A DNA stretch of 64,000 bases, taken from IMG/VR virus record IMGVR_UViG_3300025881_000008, positions 40,075 to 104,074 of that record; one strand, given 5' to 3'. Below the pieces are notes generated by a model, which worked only from the letters and a program-made list of their open reading frames with translations, did no database searches and was not told where the DNA came from. Origin of the DNA: a virus. This document shows positions 38,143 through 49,448 of this stretch, one piece after another (position 1 is the stretch's first letter; each line of letters opens with the position of its first letter). A program made the translations under genes and the position numbers.

Positions 38143-40098
38143 TTATCTTAAAATATCGGCTTCAAATTGATAGTTTGCAGGATCAATGCATACTAGTTCA
38201 ATATATGGTTTATTTGTTATTAATTGTGTTGCATCTATATCAGCTATCAATTGATCATATCCAGTAGTTCCACCAGTCCAGATTTTAATATTATTGCCTG
38301 ACATGTTTATTGCATCAAATGTAATTTTAAAAGTTTGTCCACCTTTCCAAGCGACTAAACTATCATCAATGTATATATTAAGATTACTTTCAGGATCAGA
38401 AATTGTTCCATCTGGTTTTCTAATTAAACCCTTAAGACTTAATCTATTTGTAAACAGATCCAGTCTAGTCCAAATAGCAAATTTAACTGAACCGTTACCA
38501 GCATCACCTGCGTCAAACCACACGTTATCTGATAATTGAGTTGCTACCGCTTTACCTGCTATATTCCATAAGTAAACATTATTTAACGTATAGCCATCTA
38601 CAGTGCTATTAATTTTAATTTTATTAGGAATAGTCTTATCAACTTCTGTACCCTTGCCGGCAAACAAAACATCAGTGTTATATTGTAATTCTACTGGAAT
38701 AGTTCCGTCAATTAAAGAGTTAATTTTATTATGCGCTTTAGTAATTAGATCTAAAAGCGAATTTGAGTCCGCTAGTTGAATTGAACTATCTTGAAATTCC
38801 TGTTCCAATGACGCAACCCTATTTAATAAAGATGCACTTTGCTCGGATGCCGTAACCAGATTTTCAATACTGTCAAGCCTCTCGCCTATTTTAGCATATC
38901 TATTGTTTGCTTGTAATAAAAGTTCTGTTGCATTTTCTAATGCAGTTGTAGTATCCATGAATAAATCCATAGAAAACGTCGTAAAGTCATTTACGCTAGT
39001 TTCTACACCAACATTATCAAGTGATGAATTAAATTTTAGATTTAACTTTAACGAGAATGCGTTACCATTAAGACCAGTAACTTCATTTGGTTTATATTTA
39101 ATCTGTTCGTTAATTTTAGAACCGGGTCCATAAGAATCTTGAATATCATCAAGAATTAAGATACCGTATAAGTTTGTAGCTCTATTGGCTGGCACTGACT
39201 GGCTATAGATGTCATAGTATACAAGAATGGCATTAAAAGTAAACTGTTGACCCTTTTTAGCAAAGTCAAGTAATGATTTAATTTCAGGATTTGTATTAAT
39301 CTCCTCATATGCATTAGCATCAAACTGAATACCTACACTATTAGTAGCATTAGTTTGGATGTCATAATAAGCCCCGCTACTTAACGTATAGCTATCAACA
39401 ATTGCATTAATATTAATATTAGGATCAGGGTGTGTTTGACCCTCTCTGCCCTCGATATAATCAGATGTATATAATTTAGTAGCTGTAGTATTGTAGTTTG
39501 TTGGTTTAAATAAAACAGTAGGTGTATAACCAACTGAAGTAGGAACATTAATATAAACCTCGTGATATGTATTGCCTTGATATGCAACATCATTCTCAAC
39601 ATCAATAGTTCCTAAATATTTAACAACTTTATCATAGTTCTCACTAGCAAGTACACCATTAACCTTTTCGGTATAATTACCTAATAGAGTTTGATTAGAA
39701 TCTGCCGTAATAAAATCAATAGCGCCTAACGAAGATAGCCATTTAAAGAAAATCTTTTCAGAATCAGATTGTAAAAGAATTGGATCATAATCGTCATCTT
39801 TTAACAAAAGTTCTTCCATGTTTAACGCATAGTTCTGGAATGTTTGTGCGAAATCAACGTTAGGCATGCCAGCAACATAAGCTTGACCAGAGGGTTGCTT
39901 AAGATTTAATTCAAAGTCTATTGTGTTAGAACCATTAACCGAATCAGTAAAATCTGGAAGATCTAACAAAGCATATTTGCTAAACTCAAAATTTAAGTCT
40001 GAACTATTAAAGGCCCTAGTCATATCCCTCGCAGAAGACGCAAAAGCATACATTGTGCCACCCATGGGCTGTGGTATTCTAACTAGTGGAGTTGCCAT
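38143..40098 (-). CDS. Virion structural protein
   Basis: 651 aa; FNAILVYYD / NLYGILILD motifs and a coiled coil; in the tail module. Confidence 0.55.
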   Translation of the reverse strand: MATPLVRIPQPMGGTMYAFASSARDMTRAFNSSDLNFEFSKYALLDLPDFTDSVNGSNTIDFELNLKQPSGQAYVAGMPNVDFAQTFQNYALNMEELLLKDDDYDPILLQSDSEKIFFKWLSSLGAIDFITADSNQTLLGNYTEKVNGVLASENYDKVVKYLGTIDVENDVAYQGNTYHEVYINVPTSVGYTPTVLFKPTNYNTTATKLYTSDYIEGREGQTHPDPNININAIVDSYTLSSGAYYDIQTNATNSVGIQFDANAYEEINTNPEIKSLLDFAKKGQQFTFNAILVYYDIYSQSVPANRATNLYGILILDDIQDSYGPGSKINEQIKYKPNEVTGLNGNAFSLKLNLKFNSSLDNVGVETSVNDFTTFSMDLFMDTTTALENATELLLQANNRYAKIGERLDSIENLVTASEQSASLLNRVASLEQEFQDSSIQLADSNSLLDLITKAHNKINSLIDGTIPVELQYNTDVLFAGKGTEVDKTIPNKIKINSTVDGYTLNNVYLWNIAGKAVATQLSDNVWFDAGDAGNGSVKFAIWTRLDLFTNRLSLKGLIRKPDGTISDPESNLNIYIDDSLVAWKGGQTFKITFDAINMSGNNIKIWTGGTTGYDQLIADIDATQLITNKPYIELVCIDPANYQFEADILR

Positions 40099-40117
40099 TT
40101 ATTAATTAAATTTTGTT

Positions 40118-40684
40118 TTATACTATGTCAGTATTGTATGCTGAAATAACATACCATACATTATTAAAGCATCTTAGTGTTACTGTTGAGTTTTTACCTA
40201 CAAGCGAGATAGTAGTTGCTCCAAGTGATTCTTGACTTAGGCCTGAAACAGATTTAGAAGTATCCGATGTATTGATAATCGTAACCTCTTGGCCATCTAC
40301 AGCTTCAGGTAATGTAAAGTTAGCTTCAACAAAATATGTAATCGCAGTGATTGCAGTTGGTGTAACTTGTGTAGTCGGTACAGCTGCTGTACCCAATACC
40401 CCACTTTTAACTAATGTTCCGTTAAGTTTAGCAACATTGCTAATAGTAACTGGTGTATTAAACGCAGCTCCTAAACTATTAACGGACAATAGACTTGTGC
40501 CGTTTAATAAAACTAACAACTCAGCGGTCGTTACTTTAGATACTCCGCTCAAAGCCGAAGTCGTTGGGTTTAATAGAGCCGTAACAGAAGCTAACTCATC
40601 ATTTAGCAACTCAAAATTGCTATTGATGATCGGTCTCGATGAAGATACTGAATCAGTACCTAAAATTTCAGTGATGTTTGCCAT
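40118..40684 (-). CDS. Short fibre-like structural protein
   Basis: DSVSSSRPIINSNF N-terminus resembles that of the collagen fibre; C-terminal FTLP...GQEVTIIN...W domain. Confidence 0.55.
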   Translation of the reverse strand: MANITEILGTDSVSSSRPIINSNFELLNDELASVTALLNPTTSALSGVSKVTTAELLVLLNGTSLLSVNSLGAAFNTPVTISNVAKLNGTLVKSGVLGTAAVPTTQVTPTAITAITYFVEANFTLPEAVDGQEVTIINTSDTSKSVSGLSQESLGATTISLVGKNSTVTLRCFNNVWYVISAYNTDIV

Positions 40685-40697
40685 TTTATTGTTTTTA

Positions 40698-43433
40698 TTA
40701 TTTTACTTTTAACATGTTTCGTTTTACAACATTTTTATTGCCGTGAGTGTCTTCCGCCTCTAATTGAATTGAATAGTATCCAGGTTCTTTAAAGATGTAA
40801 GTCAGCCACATATTATTATAGTATATATCAGTGATTTCTGGGTTAGTTATATTTGTGATAGTCCATTTGGCATTTTTTCTACCAGGGAACTTTGAAATAT
40901 CAGTTGAAATCGTAATATGTGTTGATCTTTCAACTTCAGCATAGTCTGTAAACACTCGAGTATCATCCCATGTTGGGTTAAAATGTTCAACATGAGTCTC
41001 ACCGGATACATTTGAATCAGAATTATCTCTAAAAAAAACAGTTTCAAAATCATATGTTTTTGAATATTCACGACCTACTGCTAAAATAAATCTAAATACG
41101 TCGCTAATATCATTGTCATCTAAATCCTCAAAGACCGCATTGTAGTTAAACTTACTAATAACGGGATCAATACTAGCATTTAATTCATCCATTATTTGTT
41201 TCCATCCATTTACGTCATTAACAGTAGTAGGTGTTGCATTTGTTATAGTATGCTGTCCAGTAGAAATTACGCCTGTTTTAGGATTTTTGTGTGTTATCAC
41301 TAATGTATCGTATTGCTGGACATCATTAATTTTAAAACTAGAAGTTAAATCCGGGCCAACTCTCATAAAATTCCAAGCTAGATGTTTACTATCGCTATAT
41401 GTAAATGTAGATTCGTCCCATGTGTAAGGTCCCGTAGTTTCACTAAAACCTGAATTAGAATAAATATCCATATATCTTCTAACAGTAGAGAATCTTATAC
41501 CTTGATCTTCTTCAAAATGAATATAGTTTGCCCTGTCTAGCGTTAGATATAACGTAGCGATGTCTTCGTCAATCGTAGTAAGATTGTCCTGTGGTGAATT
41601 CCAATAACCACCTGATTTTGACCATGGCAGTTTTTTAGCATCCCATGATTGATCTTCTAACCACTTATAGATTCCGTAAAGTTCTAAATTCTTTAATTTA
41701 ATATCGATAACATCATTCATCCTATAGTGAGATCTATGTCCAAATAGGTCATACGTCCTCATTTCCACGCTATAGGTGTCAGCATATGGTAATATCAATG
41801 GAAGTATTAAGTAGTCATCAATGGCTCCCCTGTATGTCTGGTTATAGCCCCTGTCTTTACTTGTAATAACCCATTCAATTTCATAAACCCATGCCTTCCA
41901 CCAGTTATCCCAAGTTACCTTAAGATTTGAATTGGCATCCACTGCATCTTCCCATGTAAAAAGAGCTTCGTCCCAAATATCATCAAAAGACTCTGTCCCA
42001 TCTAAAAGAACTGGACATCCAATTGGAATATTAGGGTTATAGGAATAAAGTTCTCTATCGTGATATGTTTCATAAAAAGTACTAATTATACTTTTTAATT
42101 CAGTTCTATTTGCAGTAGTTAAATCATCTTCATTACCAATCCCTAAATTTAAGAATAAGTTATAATTATTAGTATCATTATTTTGGTCCAAACTAGGTTT
42201 AAGGACCATTGACATATCTTCAATAAATAATTGTCTATCGTTGGGAAAAACATTAAATTTAATATCGTGACCTTCACTAAAGAAACTAATTGGGTTTTGA
42301 TTGTTCCAAACGTTTAAATTTCTTTGATCAAAATAATCACCTTCAGCGGTAATATCTATAATCCTAGCCTGTAATGGTAAATACTCTTTTTGTAATTTGT
42401 TCTTTAAACCATATAGTTTAATTAGGATTTCTTCTGGCGTGTAATCAAACGTTTCAGTTACATTAGGAATATCCCATTGATCAAAAGTACCATTAGGTTC
42501 ATTTAATCTATAGACAAGACTAAACTTGCTAGTCTTCTTCATTGTATTAGATGGTAACTTAAATGCTAATCTTTTTCTAGTAGCTTCACCTCTAACTGAA
42601 GAATGTGGAACTGGCACCGCAAATAATTTACCAAAATTCTTAACAGAATTATCTATATTTAACCAGTATTCTTTTAACGTGATTTTATCATAACCGAAAA
42701 AGTCGATTGCATTTAAAACAGCTTTATATGTACCAACAAATGGCTTAATGTTATGTAACTCTAAAAGTAACTCTTTTCTTTTTCTGTTTAAAAGAATATA
42801 ATCAGGCGACATTTCGCTAATGTCATGATCTTTAAATAACATAAAATCAGCTTCGCCTAATGTTGCACCGAAATTAGAAAGTAAAACTTTAAGCCTCTCA
42901 TCTTCAGCAACCACTTCACCATAAAATTCAATTACGGCAATAAGAGTTTTAACACCGCCAGATAATTCATATAAGTTTAAGTTTCTAAGATGAGGTCCCT
43001 CTTTAGTGGAATTTAGCGCTATATTAAGTTGAATAGCTACATTGCTCTGTGTGTTTAAATGTTTAACACCATCTGTAATTTGATCAACGTTTGAGTTATC
43101 AATTAAATCAGTAACATATGTTTTTAATTCTTTAACAACAGGAATATTACCAGTGTGATCTATATCATATAGGGTAATATCTTTGCTATCTCTGCTATTA
43201 AATTCTTCCCACTCAAACACAAACTTAGTTGCATTAGCAGTCTCCGCGACTGGGAAATTTATGTTTGGATCACCATTAAAGATACACTCTTCTAGAATAA
43301 ACAGATTGACTGTCTCGTATAAACCAGTGGAAACTTCTGCTAAGTGGATCGTGCCCTGATATACCCCGAGGTTATCTTTCTCGAAGTTTAAATCATATTC
43401 TAATCCCTTAAAAAATCTTAAATTATTATACAT
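40698..43433 (-). CDS. Baseplate wedge-like protein with C-terminal PKD-like domain
   Basis: GTYKAVLNAIDFFGY..LKEYW (tail protein I / gp7-like); YIFKEPGYYSIQL. Confidence 0.55.
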   Translation of the reverse strand: MYNNLRFFKGLEYDLNFEKDNLGVYQGTIHLAEVSTGLYETVNLFILEECIFNGDPNINFPVAETANATKFVFEWEEFNSRDSKDITLYDIDHTGNIPVVKELKTYVTDLIDNSNVDQITDGVKHLNTQSNVAIQLNIALNSTKEGPHLRNLNLYELSGGVKTLIAVIEFYGEVVAEDERLKVLLSNFGATLGEADFMLFKDHDISEMSPDYILLNRKRKELLLELHNIKPFVGTYKAVLNAIDFFGYDKITLKEYWLNIDNSVKNFGKLFAVPVPHSSVRGEATRKRLAFKLPSNTMKKTSKFSLVYRLNEPNGTFDQWDIPNVTETFDYTPEEILIKLYGLKNKLQKEYLPLQARIIDITAEGDYFDQRNLNVWNNQNPISFFSEGHDIKFNVFPNDRQLFIEDMSMVLKPSLDQNNDTNNYNLFLNLGIGNEDDLTTANRTELKSIISTFYETYHDRELYSYNPNIPIGCPVLLDGTESFDDIWDEALFTWEDAVDANSNLKVTWDNWWKAWVYEIEWVITSKDRGYNQTYRGAIDDYLILPLILPYADTYSVEMRTYDLFGHRSHYRMNDVIDIKLKNLELYGIYKWLEDQSWDAKKLPWSKSGGYWNSPQDNLTTIDEDIATLYLTLDRANYIHFEEDQGIRFSTVRRYMDIYSNSGFSETTGPYTWDESTFTYSDSKHLAWNFMRVGPDLTSSFKINDVQQYDTLVITHKNPKTGVISTGQHTITNATPTTVNDVNGWKQIMDELNASIDPVISKFNYNAVFEDLDDNDISDVFRFILAVGREYSKTYDFETVFFRDNSDSNVSGETHVEHFNPTWDDTRVFTDYAEVERSTHITISTDISKFPGRKNAKWTITNITNPEITDIYYNNMWLTYIFKEPGYYSIQLEAEDTHGNKNVVKRNMLKVK

Positions 43434-43714
43434 TATCTAGTTTGATTGTCGTCTTTTTTAACGGTATAATTTTTGTAATTCTTTAAATACCTAGTTCCCT
43501 TTAAAAGGTTCTTGATCGCATCTTCTAAAAAGATTAGAAAATGTTGCATTGTTTGATTTCTTTGAATGTGACCAGAAAGTGATCTACCTATAAATTCACT
43601 AGGTGGCAAAGCATCATAGTTGTAACCAACATGAAGTCTTTCGTCCTTTCTAGCCTTAGTAGTGTCATATCTTTTAACACGTTTATATCCAAGTAAATTA
43701 TCAAATAAACCCAT
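43433..43714 (-). CDS. Small baseplate-associated hypothetical protein
   Basis: TAATG overlaps on both sides. Confidence 0.6.
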   Translation of the reverse strand: MGLFDNLLGYKRVKRYDTTKARKDERLHVGYNYDALPPSEFIGRSLSGHIQRNQTMQHFLIFLEDAIKNLLKGTRYLKNYKNYTVKKDDNQTR

Positions 43715-45543
43715 TATTTAAGTGCTTTTCTATTTCCAGCCTGCATTCTAGTGTATATCGTTCTAGGAACTGGTTCTGCTTCGAAGTTTATACTAACAGC
43801 AGCCTCGGAATTAATCAAAACATCATCAACGATTTCATCACCGTCTCTGTCTTGCCAGCCACCTCTAAATACTGCAACTTCTTCTTTTTCCATTATAATG
43901 TCACCCCATTGATCAAGGCCCTTAACAGTATAAGGTATTTCAGTGGTGTCCGTAACAGGTACTACTTTAACATCTTCAATTCTTTTAAAGTAAACATACT
44001 TTTGTTTACCATTACCAACAGTTTCTAACGTCACGGGCTCTTGTGGAGCAATTGTAACATTAACTGATTCATAATAACCTAATCTTCTAGCAGTCTCTTC
44101 AGTTTCTGAAATAAATTTAACGTTAACCGCATCAATACCTTCAATCTCTTCTAAGATATAGATGATATCAGATTTTGGTAGTTTATCTCTTCTTGTAATA
44201 TTCAGTAAATATTCAGACACTTTAGCTCTAACTGCATTATAGATTTCATCTTTAGTGTAACCTTCGAAATATCTAATATTAATATCAATACTATAATATC
44301 TTACTTGTGGCTTAACAAAAACAACTTCAGTAGTTACCATTTGTTGGCCACTATCTTCAAGAACTTTATGCATTGCATCATACTCGCCCTGATCTAAAAA
44401 CATCTCTTCTTGTGGTATTGTAAAATAGTCTTGATTTTTAGCCAATTTCTTTTTAATATCTGGTACTGCAAAAATATAGATAACATTATCGTCATCTAAA
44501 TATTGATCATCGGTTGTGTTATATGCATCTATATAAGAGAACATGTTATACCTTGATAAGAAATATTCATAATTGTCTGGCGTTGCCAGTACAAAAGACT
44601 TACTTGCCATCGGAGTCATAATCTTAGTGAATTGTGTATTCTCTCTATCACTGCCCATTTTTGGTGATGAAGTAATAGTTACGTCTAAGAATTCATTTAA
44701 GTCATGTTCAGTTCCATTTGAATCAGTACCCGTTGCATCCCATTTAATAGTTAAATCCGGCGAATCATCAAGATTACCAGCTAAACCTCCGTGTTTTACA
44801 TATTCTACTTCAATAATTGCACCAACCGGTGGCACCATACCAAAACTACCATTACCAAAATAAAGGTCTAGACCTCCACTAATTCCTGTTTTAATTAAGT
44901 ATGCCTTTTCATTTGAACCTAAGTCATATAATGAATTGTGTTTGGTCCAAAGTTCACCATTAACACTAACCGCAACTTTGCTGTGATCAGTAATACCACC
45001 AGTATTAATACTAAATGACTGCAATTTATTACCATCACTGGTTACTGTTTGTTTTTCAAATTTACCTTGAATAATAGCAGTCTTAAATGAATTGTAATTT
45101 GTTTTCTCTAATTTAAACTTATCTTTAGAATTTAAAAGCGTGTATGTTAGGCCATTAATATCAAATTTAAGTTGAGCTCTTGCATCTATGTTTAACGAAT
45201 TCCCGGCTACTTTACTTAAATCAGCTCCCGGTTTCCATCTAAATTCAATTTCACCAGTTGCTGCAAAACCCCTGGTTGCATCATGACCAGTTAATCTAGC
45301 CATTCCATAAATAGACTCCGGCTGTTGTGCAGTGTATATGTTCTGCTCTACTACAGAATCTTCAATATAGAACATGATTAATTCTACCATTTCTGATAGA
45401 ACACTGATTATTTGTGCGAATGGAGATGCCACGGTAAATAGAGTATTAGCTCTATTGTACACTCTAGAAATATAGGTTCTCGCATCGCTAGTAATATTAT
45501 CAGCGCTGGTTCTAATTGTACTTAAAAATTTTAATTCGGCCAT
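43714..45543 (-). CDS. Baseplate wedge subunit (T4 gp6 / baseplate J-like)
   Basis: EQNIYTAQQPESIYGMARLTG, LYFGNGSFGMVPP and VEYVKHGGLAGN; follows the gp25-like gene. Confidence 0.85.
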   Translation of the reverse strand: MAELKFLSTIRTSADNITSDARTYISRVYNRANTLFTVASPFAQIISVLSEMVELIMFYIEDSVVEQNIYTAQQPESIYGMARLTGHDATRGFAATGEIEFRWKPGADLSKVAGNSLNIDARAQLKFDINGLTYTLLNSKDKFKLEKTNYNSFKTAIIQGKFEKQTVTSDGNKLQSFSINTGGITDHSKVAVSVNGELWTKHNSLYDLGSNEKAYLIKTGISGGLDLYFGNGSFGMVPPVGAIIEVEYVKHGGLAGNLDDSPDLTIKWDATGTDSNGTEHDLNEFLDVTITSSPKMGSDRENTQFTKIMTPMASKSFVLATPDNYEYFLSRYNMFSYIDAYNTTDDQYLDDDNVIYIFAVPDIKKKLAKNQDYFTIPQEEMFLDQGEYDAMHKVLEDSGQQMVTTEVVFVKPQVRYYSIDINIRYFEGYTKDEIYNAVRAKVSEYLLNITRRDKLPKSDIIYILEEIEGIDAVNVKFISETEETARRLGYYESVNVTIAPQEPVTLETVGNGKQKYVYFKRIEDVKVVPVTDTTEIPYTVKGLDQWGDIIMEKEEVAVFRGGWQDRDGDEIVDDVLINSEAAVSINFEAEPVPRTIYTRMQAGNRKALK

Positions 45544-45560
45544 TATTTGTCTTTACTTTT

Positions 45561-45917
45561 TTATAGCATACTTACTTTAATAGCATATCTACTATCTATC
45601 GTAATATCTATATATGCAATATCTCTAACTTCACCTTTCATAAAATTCACCTCAGTTTTAATGTTATATTTTGTCGCAAGCGGACAATAGTGATTTATTT
45701 GATCAGTTATTCTAGATCTTATGTTGTGTTCATTTGATCCAAAGTCATATATAAGTTCCTCTAAACCGCAACCAAAATTAGGAGTACCCATTACCTCTCG
45801 CTTATTAGTGAATAGCAACGTTTGTATCTGCGTGATCAACATTTCTATCTCACTATTAGTCTGAACCTGTGTTTCATCGTAATTCGGGTCGCTCGGATAT
45901 TTTATATATAGTTCCAT
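45561..45917 (-). CDS. Baseplate gp25-like sheath initiator
   Basis: LLFTNKREVMGTPNFGCGLEELIY. Confidence 0.85.
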   Translation of the reverse strand: MELYIKYPSDPNYDETQVQTNSEIEMLITQIQTLLFTNKREVMGTPNFGCGLEELIYDFGSNEHNIRSRITDQINHYCPLATKYNIKTEVNFMKGEVRDIAYIDITIDSRYAIKVSML

Positions 45918-45938
45918 TTATCTATGTATCTTATTTAT

Positions 45939-46781
45939 TTAAGAGTGCATCATCCAATCAACACCTTCATCTCCTTTGATCTCTTCGTCAATGGCTGCTA
46001 ACTCATCATCTCCCATGGATTTAATAGCATCGTAATCAAAATCAACATTTCCGGGTAAAGCAAATTTAAAAATACCTAATTTAGTACCGATTGATTGTTT
46101 AATTTTAGCACTAACATATCTAAAGAAAATTTCATCGCTATATAGCGCACAATCTGGTATCGTCTCATACACCTCAAGAATAACATCTCCTTTAGGTGTA
46201 TCACCTAAGAATTTTAATTCACCGGTTAAACTTGAATAATTATATGATATGGGATTCTCTAGAATCTGTCTAGATAAGTCTGCCATCGAAGCATTCAATA
46301 CATAATATTGTAATTCTTCTGCAGCCTCAGCCATTCCAGAACCTTCATACATACCTCTAAATAGCATTCTTTCCATAGAAAAGTCAGAACCAGATTGGAA
46401 TCTTAAATCCATTCCACCACCGCCGCCATTCCATCCAGAAGCTAAGTCATATAAACCATAAACCGAGTATACTCCACCGCCACCATCTAAACCAGGGCCT
46501 GGTAAATTAAGTGCTCGGTGTGATTTAAAGTAATCAGTACTAAATACATTACTTGGTATATGATAGAAATTCTCTTTTACAGAGTACTCATATTTTTTAT
46601 AGAACCATTTTTTAGCTCTCTTAATAATATTAATGATTTCTTTTTGTGGTAGATTGATAGGAACCATACAGGCTCCAGTAATATCATCTGCTACTTCGTC
46701 TAAGAATAGATTTAAACAGTTAGGATCAAAATACCTTCCGGTAGTTAAATCATTATTTGAGCCGCTTATAATTTCACCCAT
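45939..46781 (-). CDS. Neck protein (T4 gp13-like)
   Basis: IIKRAKKWFY...; YVSAKIKQSIG..LGIF...LPGNVDFD C-terminus. Confidence 0.7.
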   Translation of the reverse strand: MGEIISGSNNDLTTGRYFDPNCLNLFLDEVADDITGACMVPINLPQKEIINIIKRAKKWFYKKYEYSVKENFYHIPSNVFSTDYFKSHRALNLPGPGLDGGGGVYSVYGLYDLASGWNGGGGGMDLRFQSGSDFSMERMLFRGMYEGSGMAEAAEELQYYVLNASMADLSRQILENPISYNYSSLTGELKFLGDTPKGDVILEVYETIPDCALYSDEIFFRYVSAKIKQSIGTKLGIFKFALPGNVDFDYDAIKSMGDDELAAIDEEIKGDEGVDWMMHS

Positions 46782-46788
46782 TTTTTAT

Positions 46789-48096
46789 TTATTTTATTTT
46801 TTTACTTACAACAATTTCTGTTTCTTCAAACCTAGCATCTTTGCTAGTGAAGCCCTCTCTAAATATACCACCTATCATTTTACCCCTAAACATAGTGTCT
46901 CTGCCGGCAACATAACAGTTGGTTAATTCACAACTACCATGCGTATAACTAGATTCAACTTTAGAGTCTTTCACTTTAGTAGCTCTATATAAACTACCCC
47001 ACATAACAGCAGAACTCGTGATATTGCAGTTATAAAAACTACAATTAGTTAAATTACCTGCAAGTTCACAATCAATAAATTCAAAATTTTCTAAAAGATA
47101 AACAGTTGGAAATTTACCATCTTTAACCTGTACCGCGCCATAATCTGAATCGTAGTTTATAACACCAGCGGTCATTGATCCATTTACAATAAGATCCATA
47201 ACTCTATTTTTAAACCTTTCCCATTGTACTCGTATAATAGTTGGATTATCTTGTAGATCGACTAATATTTGTATATCTGGCCAGTGCTCAGATACTTTAG
47301 AGTAATCTTTGAGCATATCCATTATGGGTTTATTCTTATTTATAATTCTCTGTAATTCAATTTTATTTTCAGCAGTAAAACGAGGATCGTTACAAGAGTT
47401 CCACATTTGCATTAGGAACCTTTCAATTAGGTATAAAATATTATCCGTTTTTTCCTCATAATCTGCACCACCCAAATATCTAAACTCAAGATAGTTCTTT
47501 TCTTTTTTAGAAAAGTTTATACCATAATATTTCGTATCGGCAAATTTAAAATTATTTGATGCTACTTGATTTGCATCAAAGTGAAATGCTTCCCATTTTG
47601 GCATTACCCATTTAATACTTTTAGCGTATGCTGATTTTTCTCTGTTTGGAAAAAACTTATAGATTTGTTGCTCATCAAAGTCTAAGATAAATTTAAGAAC
47701 ATTCATCTTAGAAATAAGTGCAGGATCCTCTAAATATTTTTTATCGAAAGATAAATTAATGTGGATTGACGCCCTATCATTGGTATATCCATTTTCAGAT
47801 ATCCAATTAAGCATTTTAATTACCATAATCCTAGCGTTTCTATACGGAATAGGACCAGTAACTAACTCGATTAGGCCTTTACCACCAGACATGTCTGGTT
47901 CCATTTTAAACTCTTCAGCTGAAGGTTGAAAATCAGAATGTGCCTTATCTTCTAACCTAATTTTTCGATCTAGAAGCTTTGCCAATGATTTTTGGGTAGC
48001 TTCTAGATCGAAATTAGAATAGAATTCAAACTCAACACCCATAAGTGCCGCGTTCAAAATTGATTCTCTTGAGGAATCTATAGTTAATTTTTGCAT
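46789..48096 (-). CDS. Putative amidoligase (COOH-NH2 ligase) with C-terminal beta-helix-like region
   Basis: GVEFEF, IELVT, SIHINLS, KYYGIN and YLEFR motifs. Confidence 0.75.
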   Translation of the reverse strand: MQKLTIDSSRESILNAALMGVEFEFYSNFDLEATQKSLAKLLDRKIRLEDKAHSDFQPSAEEFKMEPDMSGGKGLIELVTGPIPYRNARIMVIKMLNWISENGYTNDRASIHINLSFDKKYLEDPALISKMNVLKFILDFDEQQIYKFFPNREKSAYAKSIKWVMPKWEAFHFDANQVASNNFKFADTKYYGINFSKKEKNYLEFRYLGGADYEEKTDNILYLIERFLMQMWNSCNDPRFTAENKIELQRIINKNKPIMDMLKDYSKVSEHWPDIQILVDLQDNPTIIRVQWERFKNRVMDLIVNGSMTAGVINYDSDYGAVQVKDGKFPTVYLLENFEFIDCELAGNLTNCSFYNCNITSSAVMWGSLYRATKVKDSKVESSYTHGSCELTNCYVAGRDTMFRGKMIGGIFREGFTSKDARFEETEIVVSKKIK

Positions 48097-48152
48097 ATTA
48101 AGATTATGATATTATCGTTTGAATATATATCACGCTCTCGATGCGATAGTTA

Positions 48153-49448
48153 TTAAGGCATTTTCAAAAATACTTTCATTGACTCAACGTCAATTCTGGT
48201 AATTTGTACCGTGATTGGATCTCCGTTCTTAAATACGCTCATAACTTCTTCACCAACTTCGCTTACATGTAGTAGTCCAGTCACTCCTTCTTCAATACTA
48301 ATAAATAAACCGTAGTCTTTTTTAGTTTTGACAGTAGCTTCAACTACTGAAGGAATTTGATATCTAGATTGAATATCACTCCATGGATTAACAGTAGCAT
48401 TAGCCTTTTGAGTAAGTGTGATCTTAGTATCACTGATAATATCCTTAACGATAAATGTGATTTCATCACCAGGCTGAATCTGTCTAGCTTTGAATTTAAT
48501 AAGAGTTTCCTCATCTAAGTCGTTATTATGGATCATACCAGTCAAACAACCATTAAATTCAACAAATATACCATATTTAGCAGTACCTGTTACATTACCT
48601 GTAATTTCAGCACCTTGATTTGCTTTTATGTTTTCAATCTCGTTTGGAATTAAAGCCTGTAGATATTTTCTGTGAGAAACTACCAATGTACCTCTATCTG
48701 GTGAGAAACTTACAGGAACAACATAGATTTCAGTACCAATAATAGAACTAAAGTCATGTAGTTTATTAATACCTGCTAATGAACCTGGCATAAAACAATC
48801 AATTCCCTGAATATTTACCATATAACCACCATTCTCAATCATATGTGTAACTTTACCAACCCATGCGGTTCCACCAACTTCAACGGCTTCTCTAAGATCC
48901 ATAAAGACTCTGTGTTTTATACCACCGTTAATTGATCCGACTACATGTGAGTTGTTATCAGTTGAGGTAATTAAAACTGATGTTTCTTCACCCGGTTTTA
49001 AGGCTTGAATCGCAGCAGGTTCCTTATCATATTTAACATATATTAGTTCTCTGTAACCAATATCGACACTAATAAACTCTGAGCTAATACCATAAACCGT
49101 TCCAGTATGAATTTCTCCAACACCTACAATAGTTACCATATTACCCAAAGCAGCATCATGTGCGGTAAGCATGTCGTACATTTCTTGAGCATATGATTCT
49201 CTAGAAAAGACCTTATCGCCATTCATGGTTTTAATATGTGGATTTGGTTTTTTGGTTTTTGATGGGCAACTAGCTTCATAAGCATCCCACATGAAGTTTC
49301 CCTCTTCATCGTAATAATCATCCGATATATCACCACCATCTGATTTAAGATCTTTTAAGTTTTCGACCGTGATGTCTAGTTCTTCAACTTCTACAGTATT
49401 GACTTTAGTTTCGCCAATTCTGATCCTTTTGTTTTTTTCGTTGTTCAT
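48153..49448 (-). CDS. Ribosomal protein bS1 homolog (four S1 domains)
   Basis: Four OB/S1 repeats (e.g. GNVTGTAKYGIFVEF..LTGMIH; VKTKKDYGLFISI.EGVTGLLHVSE), FMPGS and VVSHR; N-terminal FMWDAYE. Confidence 0.88.
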   Translation of the reverse strand: MNNEKNKRIRIGETKVNTVEVEELDITVENLKDLKSDGGDISDDYYDEEGNFMWDAYEASCPSKTKKPNPHIKTMNGDKVFSRESYAQEMYDMLTAHDAALGNMVTIVGVGEIHTGTVYGISSEFISVDIGYRELIYVKYDKEPAAIQALKPGEETSVLITSTDNNSHVVGSINGGIKHRVFMDLREAVEVGGTAWVGKVTHMIENGGYMVNIQGIDCFMPGSLAGINKLHDFSSIIGTEIYVVPVSFSPDRGTLVVSHRKYLQALIPNEIENIKANQGAEITGNVTGTAKYGIFVEFNGCLTGMIHNNDLDEETLIKFKARQIQPGDEITFIVKDIISDTKITLTQKANATVNPWSDIQSRYQIPSVVEATVKTKKDYGLFISIEEGVTGLLHVSEVGEEVMSVFKNGDPITVQITRIDVESMKVFLKMP

